Shown here piece after piece: positions 6,227 to 12,127 of a DNA stretch of 12,127 nucleotides. Numbering within the stretch: position 1 is the stretch's first letter; each line of letters opens with the position of its first letter. Source of the stretch: Verrucomicrobiota bacterium (lineage in GTDB: Bacteria > Verrucomicrobiota > Verrucomicrobiia > Limisphaerales > CAIQOK01); contig JANYDP010000269.1 in NCBI GenBank assembly GCA_025363535.1, positions 1-12,127 of the forward strand. The letters are read 5' to 3'. Under the pieces are notes generated by a model. That model was not told the DNA's origin. It saw nothing but the letters and a program-made list of their open reading frames with translations, and did not search any database. The position numbers and the translations under genes are program-made.

Positions 6227-6982
6227 ATGTCAGCGGAAGCCCTCAACTGCCCGATGTGCGGCACACCGGTCGCCAGCCTTGATGCCACCGGGTGCGACCA
6301 TTGCGGCGCGCGACTGGCGACGGTGGCGTGTCCTTCGTGCTTCGGCATGATTTTTCAGGGCGCGAAGTTTTGTTCGCATTGCGGCGCGAAGGTGGAGCGA
6401 ACGGAGTTGGAGGACGCGACCAAGGCTTCCTGCCCGCACTGCCAACTCAGCCTTGAGGCGGTTACCGTCGGCAGCACCCGACTCAGCGAGTGTCCGAAGT
6501 GCGAAGGAATCTGGATGGACAACGCCTTGTTCAACGAGATTTGCGCCAACCGCGAAGAGCCGTCCGCCGTGCTGGGCATGGCTTTTTCGTTGCCACAACA
6601 TGAAGTGGGCTCGCTGGATTTGAAAGTGCGCTATTATCCGTGCCCAACCTGCAGTGCGCTGATGAACCGGGTGAATTTCGCGCATTGCTCGGGCGTGATC
6701 GTGGACGTCTGCCGCGACCACGGAACCTGGTTTGACAAGGATGAGTTGCGGCGGATCGTGGAATTTATTCGCAACGGCGGACTGGACAGGGCGCGGGCGA
6801 TGGAAATCGAGGAATTGAAGCGGCAACAGCAACAGCTCAAGTCCGCCCAAACCACCAGCGCGATGGAACCCGCTGCGGACTGGCACCACACCGTCGGCTG
6901 GCCCGGAACGAATCGCGATCTGGTGGGTGTGGGAGTTTCGGCCGCAGTGAATGCCCTGTTTGATCTTTTCAATCGACGCTGA
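6227..6982 (+). CDS. Multi-zinc-ribbon protein, 251 aa. It has four N-terminal CxxC pairs, then two TFIIB-type zinc ribbons (zf-TFIIB-like), then a short Gln-rich helical tail.
   Basis: The ATG at 6227 is preceded by AAAAGGAAG (6206-6214). The N-terminus MSAEALNCPMCGTPVASLDATGCDHCGARLATVACPSCFGMIFQGAKFCSHCGAKV carries the four CxxC pairs. Two modules follow: CPHCQLSLEAV...CPKCEGIWMDNALFNEI, and CPTCSALMNRVNFAHCSGVIVDVCRDHGTWFDKDELRRIVEF. The CxxC...(I/V)D.C..C.G.W.D..EL pattern is the zf-TFIIB hallmark. The track ORF starts earlier at a TTG (6197). Confidence 0.75.
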   Translation: MSAEALNCPMCGTPVASLDATGCDHCGARLATVACPSCFGMIFQGAKFCSHCGAKVERTELEDATKASCPHCQLSLEAVTVGSTRLSECPKCEGIWMDNALFNEICANREEPSAVLGMAFSLPQHEVGSLDLKVRYYPCPTCSALMNRVNFAHCSGVIVDVCRDHGTWFDKDELRRIVEFIRNGGLDRARAMEIEELKRQQQQLKSAQTTSAMEPAADWHHTVGWPGTNRDLVGVGVSAAVNALFDLFNRR

Positions 6983-6994
6983 TGCCGCGCCGGT

Positions 6995-7990
6995 TCATTT
7001 TTGAATCACCGCCTCGCCCGTCACCACATCCAGCGTCCACGGCTTCGGTTCAGGCAGCGCAAGTTTTCCGTCGCCGATTTCCAACGGCATCCAGAGATAG
7101 CGCGAATCCCATTGTGTTGCGGGTTTCCAGATGTCGCCCATGAAAATCACCGTGGTCGCTTTGGTGCCGACCACTTTGACCATCATCGTGGATTGCGCGC
7201 CAAAGGTGTTTTTTTCCGGCGGCGCGATGTCCTTGAACTCCGACCACGGGCCTTCGAGTGATTTTGCGGTAGCGTATTTGTTCGGGTTGGCATTCCAGCC
7301 GGTCAACGCCGAGCCGATGGCGTAATAAAGCCCTTGGTAATGCACGACCGCACCACCTTCCATGTGCATCGGTATGAGACACATTTCTTTTTCAACATCG
7401 AGATAATCATCGGACAACTTCACGATGCGGAAACCAAACGGACGGTCCTCAAAAATCAAATACGCCGTGCCGTCGTCGTCCACGAACTGCCCGATGTCGC
7501 GGCTTTCGTGGCCGAGCGGACGGAAGCTTTTCACCCATTGATAATCACCGTCCACCGTGTCGCTCACCGCCACGCCGACGCGGGCGAGTTTATAACCCTC
7601 ATCGTCCACATGCATGTACATCACGAACTTTTTTGTCTTCGCGTTGTAGAAAACTTTGGGCCGCTCAAGAATCCAGCCTGCATGGAAATGTTCGGGATCG
7701 TACACTTTGAGGGCATGTTTACGGAACGTCCATTGCGCGAGATTCGTCGAGGAATAGCAACTGACGTAGCGGTAGGTGGGATTCAATCCGCGTGAACGTT
7801 CCTCGCCAAACCAATAATACGTGTCGCCAACTTTGAGGATGCCGCCGCCGTGCGCCTGTATGTGTTGGCCGCGATCATCGGGCCAGAGTTCGCCGGGCTG
7901 GATGAGCTGGGGCACCGCGCCCGCGTTGAGGAGAAGCAATGAAAACAGTGCGCCGAAAATCTGGGATGTCCGCAAGGCGCTTGATTGCAT
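6995..7990 (-). CDS. Secreted glycoside hydrolase, GH43-like five-bladed beta-propeller, with an N-terminal signal peptide, 331 aa.
   Basis: ATG at 7990 gives MQSSALRTSQIFGALFSLLLLNAGAVPQ, a signal peptide. The mature part (WPDDRGQHIQAHGGGILKVGDTYYWFGEE...YRYVSCYSSTNLAQW...VDDDGTAYLIFED...) resembles GH43/GH117-type propeller hydrolases, with a catalytic Asp near the N-terminus and repeated D/E-containing blades. The family call is motif-based only. Confidence 0.6.
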   Translation of the reverse strand: MQSSALRTSQIFGALFSLLLLNAGAVPQLIQPGELWPDDRGQHIQAHGGGILKVGDTYYWFGEERSRGLNPTYRYVSCYSSTNLAQWTFRKHALKVYDPEHFHAGWILERPKVFYNAKTKKFVMYMHVDDEGYKLARVGVAVSDTVDGDYQWVKSFRPLGHESRDIGQFVDDDGTAYLIFEDRPFGFRIVKLSDDYLDVEKEMCLIPMHMEGGAVVHYQGLYYAIGSALTGWNANPNKYATAKSLEGPWSEFKDIAPPEKNTFGAQSTMMVKVVGTKATTVIFMGDIWKPATQWDSRYLWMPLEIGDGKLALPEPKPWTLDVVTGEAVIQK

Positions 7991-8083
7991 GGTGCCAGCA
8001 TTTTCTGGCAACCCCGGCAACCGTCAAGTTTTGTTCCGGTCAACTGGATCTTCCTGTCCGCATTATTACGGGGGGAAAAGCGG

Positions 8084-8111
8084 TTGCAAATCCGGTCAGG
8101 ATTCATAGTAT
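8084..8111 (+). promoter_or_regulatory. Putative sigma70-like promoter for the PEP-CTERM gene (TTGCAA-N16-TAGTAT).
   Basis: -35 TTGCAA at 8084-8089, 16-nt spacer, -10 TAGTAT at 8106-8111. This is ~24 nt upstream of the ATG at 8135. Confidence 0.3.
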
Positions 8112-8134
8112 GCGTCTAACCAATTCCGAATCGT

Positions 8135-9109
8135 ATGAACACAAAAACTCTCGCCCTTTTTTTGGGAGCCGCTTCGCTCGCCGCGCTGCCCTCGGTTGTG
8201 ACCGCCCAGGTCGCTTTCTCCGATGACTTTGATGTCAACCACACCGCCAACTGGAATGTTAACACCGGCGGTGGTGCGAGTGTGAGCACGGCCAACGCTT
8301 TCTTCGACTACAGCACGGTGGGCATTCCCTCGGCGCCGCACTCGACGGGCGGCACCACTTTGGGCATGAAACTCAACGCCAATAACACGGTTGTAGGGCA
8401 GGCGCTGGGCGGGGTGAGCGTATCGCCCAGCGGTCAAAGTTTTACCGGCGATTACCAGTTGCGGATGGACATGTGGCTGAACTTTATCGGGCCGGCACCG
8501 GGCGGTGGCAGCGGCTCAACCCAGATCACCGGCGCTGGCATCGGCACGTCTGGAACGGCGGCCAACTACGCGGGTGTGGCCAATGGTATTTGGTTTGCCG
8601 GCACGGGCGACGGCAATTCGGCGGCTGATTATCGGACCTATACTCCCTCAACCCCCGGCAGCTACGCCTCTGGAAGTGCCGTTTATGCCGCGCCTTCCGG
8701 TGCCATTAACAATTCAGCCGCCTTCTACACCACACTTTTTCCCACCCGCACTGCTCCTGCGGCGCAGACCACACTGTTTGCATCTCAAACCGGAAGTGCT
8801 TTGGCGGGTTCCCTGGGTTGGGCATGGCACGATGTCATCATCAACAAGACTGGCAACTTGGTGTCTTGGAACATTGATGGGACATTGATTGCTTCCTTGG
8901 ACATCACCACGAACGGCGTCCTGAGCGGCAACAACATCATGCTGGTGCAAAGCGACATTAATACGACCGCCTCCACCGATGCGAATGGAACGGCCTTGAA
9001 TTTCGGCTTGTTTGACAATGTGTCCGTGACCATTCCAGAACCGGCCACCGGCAGCTTGTTTGTTTTGGGAGCTTCAGCAGTCTATTTCGCCCGCAAGCGC
9101 CGGGCATAA
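8135..9109 (+). CDS. Secreted PEP-CTERM sorting-domain protein, Gly/Ser/Thr/Asn-rich, 324 aa.
   Basis: The N-terminal signal peptide is MNTKTLALFLGAASLAALPSVVTAQV. The C-terminal IPEPATGSLFVLGASAVYFARKRRA is a canonical PEP-CTERM motif plus TM helix plus Arg-rich tail. The body is low-complexity and rich in N-x-S/T sequons. Confidence 0.8.
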   Translation: MNTKTLALFLGAASLAALPSVVTAQVAFSDDFDVNHTANWNVNTGGGASVSTANAFFDYSTVGIPSAPHSTGGTTLGMKLNANNTVVGQALGGVSVSPSGQSFTGDYQLRMDMWLNFIGPAPGGGSGSTQITGAGIGTSGTAANYAGVANGIWFAGTGDGNSAADYRTYTPSTPGSYASGSAVYAAPSGAINNSAAFYTTLFPTRTAPAAQTTLFASQTGSALAGSLGWAWHDVIINKTGNLVSWNIDGTLIASLDITTNGVLSGNNIMLVQSDINTTASTDANGTALNFGLFDNVSVTIPEPATGSLFVLGASAVYFARKRRA

Positions 9110-9132
9110 GCAACCGCTTCACTTCCCTTTCT

Positions 9133-9162
9133 CAAGCCGCCGTGAACAGGCGGCTTTTTTCT
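9133..9162 (+). terminator. Rho-independent terminator after the PEP-CTERM gene.
   Basis: Stem AAGCCGCC (9133-9140), loop GTGAACA, stem GGCGGCTT (9148-9155), running into TTTTTTCTT (9154-9162). Confidence 0.7.
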
Positions 9163-9208
9163 TGGGATAATCGGCTTGGTATCCTCTAAAGAGTGAATTT
9201 CCGGAAAC

Positions 9209-10126
9209 TCAAATCTGGAAATCCACCGCCGTCTGCCTGTCGGATTTGTTCAGCACGCGCATGTCGAGGCCGTCGTAAATGACCAGTGAGTTCGACGCGA
9301 CACTGTCCATGATGAACACGTTGCCGCCGATGGTGCTGCCCGCGCCGATGACTGTTTCGCCGCCGAGAATCGTCGCGCCGGGATAGATCGTCACACGATC
9401 CTCGATGGTCGGATGCCGTTTCTTGCCGCGCAACTGCTGCCCGCCCGCCGTGGACTTCGCGCCGAGCGTCACCCCGTGATACATCTTCACATGATTGCCG
9501 ATGACGGCCGTCTCGCCGACGACTGTGCCGGTGCAATGGTCCACAAAAAAATGCGTGCCGATCCGCGCGCCGGGATGCAGGTCCATGCCCGTCCGCGCGT
9601 GCGCCCACTCGGCCATGATGCGCGGAATGAGTGGAACATTTTTTTTGTACAGCTCGTGCGCAAGCCGCTGCACCGCGATGGCTTCGATGAACGGATACGC
9701 CACGATAACCTCCTCCTTGCTCAAGGCCGCCGGGTCGCCGTTGAACGCGGCTTCCACATCGGTCTGCAAAATTTCCCGGACACGCGGCAGTTGGCCGAGA
9801 AATTCCAACGTGAGCGCGTGCGCCGCAGAGGAAATGTCTTTCTTGACGAGGTCAGCGGGCGGATTGTATTCGAGGCTTTTGCGGATTTCGTCCTCGAGGC
9901 TGCCGATCACTGAATCCAGCAGCGCGGCGGTTTCAGCTTTGATCTCGGAGGAGTGGATCAGTTTCTCATCGAAAAAGCCCGGGAACAGCAGGCGCAGCAG
10001 GTCGCAGGTGATGTTCGTGATGGCGCGTTTGGACGGCAGGTTTTTGCCGTCGAGATGGTTGATGCCCCCCGCGCGGGCGTAGGAGGCGACGAGTTCGTTG
10101 GTCAACTGGGTGACGGTCGGCTGCAC
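9209..10126 (-). CDS. cysE: Serine O-acetyltransferase, long form with an N-terminal SATase_N-like domain plus a hexapeptide-repeat left-handed beta-helix, 305 aa. It starts at a GTG.
   Basis: The hexapeptide region is ...GMDLHPGARIGTHFFVDHCTGTVVGETAVIGNHVKMYHGVTLGAKSTAGGQQLRGKKRHPTIEDRVTIYPGATILGGETVIGAGSTIGGNVFI. The N-terminal ...ITCDLLRLLFPGFFDEK... is typical of long CysE/EpsC forms. The most upstream in-frame start is GTG at 10124-10126, and there is no in-frame ATG before residue ~180. Confidence 0.8.
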   Translation of the reverse strand: MQPTVTQLTNELVASYARAGGINHLDGKNLPSKRAITNITCDLLRLLFPGFFDEKLIHSSEIKAETAALLDSVIGSLEDEIRKSLEYNPPADLVKKDISSAAHALTLEFLGQLPRVREILQTDVEAAFNGDPAALSKEEVIVAYPFIEAIAVQRLAHELYKKNVPLIPRIMAEWAHARTGMDLHPGARIGTHFFVDHCTGTVVGETAVIGNHVKMYHGVTLGAKSTAGGQQLRGKKRHPTIEDRVTIYPGATILGGETVIGAGSTIGGNVFIMDSVASNSLVIYDGLDMRVLNKSDRQTAVDFQI

Positions 10127-10177
10127 GCGCGCAGTATTCCGCAGCCCCCGAGGAAAGGCAAGCGGCGCGGCGGCACT

Positions 10178-11353
10178 TCAGCGAAAGCAAATGGTCCGCA
10201 CGCAGTCGTGGAAATCTTCCGCCCCGTTGACGATCTTGATTTCCACCCGCATGAAATAAAACGGCAGATCGCGGCGATCCAGTTTGGGAAACCGCACGGC
10301 GTCCTTCTGCGTGGTGATGATGATCTCGGCCTGGCGCTTCTTGCCGCGATTGATGGCGTTGAGGATTTCCTGCTGCGTAAACCGGTGATGGTCGGCGAAG
10401 CGCTTGGAATAAACCAGCTCCGCGCCGAGCTTGACCAGGCCCGACTCAAAACTTTCCGGCTGCGCAATGCCGCTCAACGACGCAACTCGGCGGCCTTTGA
10501 TGATGCCGATGGCGTGGCGCTGGCCGGTGAAAACATCCTCCAGATAAAGCGGGTGATGCACGCACTCGATGATGCCCGCCGTGGGATTCAAGGTCGCGAT
10601 GCGCCGCCGGAGTTCGGCCGTATTGCCATCGCTCTTGGTGATGAAGATGACGCTGGCGCGGGCCAGATGCGACGGGGGTTCGCGCAAGGTGCCGCGCGGC
10701 AGCAGCGACTCGTTGCCGAACGGTTGCTGCCGGTCAATCAGCACCACGTCCTGCCGGCGGCCCCGCAGCTTCCAGTATTGAAAACCGTCGTCGAGCAGCA
10801 GCGTGTCGCAACCGAATTGTTCAATCGCATAACGGCCCGCCTTCACGCGATCCTTGTCCACCAGCACGACCACATCCTTGAGATTGGACGCGAGCATGTA
10901 CGGCTCGTCGCCGGCAGTTTCGGAATCGAGCAGCAGGGATTTGCCATCAGAGACCACGCGCGGCGGCGTCGTGTCGGCGCGGAACAGCAGGCGGTCGAGC
11001 AACGTCTTGTGGAGCGGCGGCGGCTTGGATCGGTAGCCGCGCGAGAGGATGGCGACGTTGCGGCCCTGGTCGCGAAGTTCGCGGGCGAATTTTTCCACGA
11101 CCGGCGTCTTGCCGGTGCCGCCGACGGTGAGGTTGCCGATGGCGATGACCTGTACGCCGAGCGTGGTGTCGCGGAGGATGCGGACGTTGTAGAGAAACCG
11201 GCGGGCCTTGACGGCGACCAAAAGAAAAACCTTCGAGAGGACGTACAGCACGCCCCGGATGAGCGACGCGCCGGTGCCGCGCCGTTCCTCCATGACCACC
11301 TCGATAAAAAAAGTCTCGACGCTTTCCGTCCAAAGCCGCCACGTTTCGCGCAT
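10178..11353 (-). CDS. lpxK: Tetraacyldisaccharide 4'-kinase LpxK (lipid A biosynthesis), 391 aa from ATG 11353. The start is ambiguous.
   Basis: The P-loop region [18 protein letters not shown]...AILSRGY aligns with E. coli LpxK (VVVVGNLTAGGNGKTPVV...VVSRGY). The C-terminal [10 protein letters not shown]...[11 protein letters not shown] matches the LpxK tail (MTEKDAVK...WYLPVDAQL). ATG 11293 (MEERRG...) would give a length closer to E. coli. The track start at 11389 is a TTG. Confidence 0.8.
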   Translation of the reverse strand: MRETWRLWTESVETFFIEVVMEERRGTGASLIRGVLYVLSKVFLLVAVKARRFLYNVRILRDTTLGVQVIAIGNLTVGGTGKTPVVEKFARELRDQGRNVAILSRGYRSKPPPLHKTLLDRLLFRADTTPPRVVSDGKSLLLDSETAGDEPYMLASNLKDVVVLVDKDRVKAGRYAIEQFGCDTLLLDDGFQYWKLRGRRQDVVLIDRQQPFGNESLLPRGTLREPPSHLARASVIFITKSDGNTAELRRRIATLNPTAGIIECVHHPLYLEDVFTGQRHAIGIIKGRRVASLSGIAQPESFESGLVKLGAELVYSKRFADHHRFTQQEILNAINRGKKRQAEIIITTQKDAVRFPKLDRRDLPFYFMRVEIKIVNGAEDFHDCVRTICFR

Positions 11354-11451
11354 TGACCGAAGTCTGCCAAGCCCGCACGAACGGAGCAAGCGCCAGTCAA
11401 CCGCTGCCGATTGTTTTTGTGTTCCACGCCGTTCGTGGTTATGAATTTTTC

Positions 11452-12127
11452 ATGTCCGACTCCCTGCGCCTCAAGGATCAGCCCGCCAGTGAACGTCCGC
11501 GCGAACGGCTCGTCGCCAAAGGCGCGGCGGCGCTCACCGACGCAGAGTTGATCGCGATCCTGCTGCGCACCGGTCTGCGTGGAACCAACGTGGTTGAGGT
11601 CGGCGCGCAATTGCTGCGGAAGTTCGGCTCGTTGCAGGCATTGGCGCGGGCGTCGGTGGATGATTTGCGCCAAGTCAAAGGCATCGGCCGCGACAAGGCG
11701 GTGACGCTGCTGGCGGCATTCACACTGGCGCGGAAAATGGCGGAAGAGCTGCAACGCGAATCACCGGTGCTGGACAACCCTACGGCCATCGTCGCGCTGC
11801 TCAGGGATCAAAACCTCACCAAGAACGTGGAGACGCTCCAGGTGCTGCTGCTCAACACGCGGCGGCGGCTCATCTGCGTGAAGGAAATTTCCGACGGAAC
11901 GATTGACTCGCTGTTGGTGCATCCGCGCGAAGTTTTCAAAGCCGCCATCGCCGCGAACGCCGCCGCGCTGATCCTCGCGCACAATCATCCGAGCGGCGAC
12001 CCGACGCCGAGCGACGCCGACATCAAGGTGACGCGCGACCTGATCCGCGCCGGACACCTTTTGAAAATTGAAGTGCTGGATCACATCATCCTCGGACGCG
12101 CGTCGGAGCAGCGGGCGAAGGATTACG
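11452..12127 (+). CDS. radC: RadC-family (UPF0758) JAB/MPN-domain protein. The 3' end is truncated by the window edge after ~225 codons.
   Basis: Manual translation from ATG 11452 gives MSDSLRLKDQPASERPRERLVAKGAAALTDAELIAILLRTGLRGTNVVEVGAQLL...VDDLRQVKGIGRDKAVTLLAAFTLARKM... (helix-hairpin-helix N-terminal domain). It continues ...LILAHNHPSGDPTPSDADIKVTRDLIRAGHLLKIEVLDHII, which is the JAB metalloprotease-like HxHxxxxxxxxxxD core. The frame stays open to the window end. Confidence 0.85.
   Translation, partial: MSDSLRLKDQPASERPRERLVAKGAAALTDAELIAILLRTGLRGTNVVEVGAQLLRKFGSLQALARASVDDLRQVKGIGRDKAVTLLAAFTLARKMAEELQRESPVLDNPTAIVALLRDQNLTKNVETLQVLLLNTRRRLICVKEISDGTIDSLLVHPREVFKAAIAANAAALILAHNHPSGDPTPSDADIKVTRDLIRAGHLLKIEVLDHIILGRASEQRAKDY

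Noticed and set aside
6230-6889. 219-aa minus ORF antisense to the zinc-ribbon gene
   Set aside because: The plus frame carries regularly spaced CxxC pairs and zf-TFIIB signatures. The antisense frame is Arg/Ala-rich with no features.
8000-8030. CTGGCAACCCCGGCAACCG resembling a sigma-54 -24/-12 element
   Set aside because: It lacks the conserved GG-N10-GC spacing and the TTGC(A/T) -12 element. It is most likely a chance match inside the GH43 5' region.
9133-9162. Bidirectional use of the PEP-CTERM terminator for convergent cysE
   Set aside because: On the minus strand the hairpin is preceded, not followed, by the U/A-run, so it does not look like a cysE terminator. cysE termination remains unassigned.
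9953-11356. 467-aa plus-strand ORF, and the 303-aa minus ORF at 10843..11754
   Set aside because: Both are antisense or out-of-frame over lpxK and cysE. Their composition is dominated by Arg/Ala/Gly with no domain signatures. The lpxK and cysE frames carry clear P-loop and hexapeptide motifs.
11354-11451. Possible promoter (TTGTTT...TGGTTATGA) and small CCACG/CGTGG dyad in the lpxK-radC divergent region
   Set aside because: The hexamers match consensus poorly and the dyad is only 5 bp, so they are not distinguishable from background.

Overview
This is a high-GC (~62-65%) bacterial chromosomal segment. The gene content (PEP-CTERM secreted protein, GH43 hydrolase, long-form SufT) and initiation regions that mostly lack Shine-Dalgarno motifs suggest a Verrucomicrobia- or Planctomycetes-like organism. 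I could run no homology search, so products are assigned from motifs I recognised in the translations.

Gene order, left to right:
- **suf cluster (minus strand, 1..3625):** sufD, then a SufU-type scaffold, then long-form sufT, then sufS, which runs off the left edge. No sufB or sufC is present in the window. GC-rich dyad elements sit in the sufD-sufU and sufT-sufS spacers, and a dyad overlaps a putative promoter in the sufD leader.
- **Low-GC island (~3690..5030, ~45-50% GC):** a complete Mrr-type (type IV) restriction endonuclease and a small two-TM protein with CxxC pairs at both ends.
- **SPFH-HTH protein (4999..6075, minus):** an SPFH/Band-7 domain (YdjI-like) protein with an unusual C-terminal excisionase-family helix-turn-helix, 13 nt upstream of Mrr.
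- **Zinc-ribbon protein (6227..6982, plus):** divergently transcribed, with four N-terminal CxxC pairs plus two TFIIB-type zinc ribbons (YdjG-like).
- **Right half:** GH43-like glycoside hydrolase, a PEP-CTERM secreted protein followed by a clear intrinsic terminator, long-form serine O-acetyltransferase (cysE), lpxK, and a divergent radC-family JAB-domain gene truncated at the right edge.

The best candidate for an undescribed system is the block 3806..6982: zf-TFIIB zinc-ribbon protein, divergent from SPFH-HTH, then Mrr nuclease, then the CxxC membrane mini-protein. It resembles the PspA-associated YdjG/YdjI pairing but has no PspA and carries an added nuclease.

Several very long ORFs in the six-frame track are antisense artefacts of high-GC coding sequence and are rejected below.
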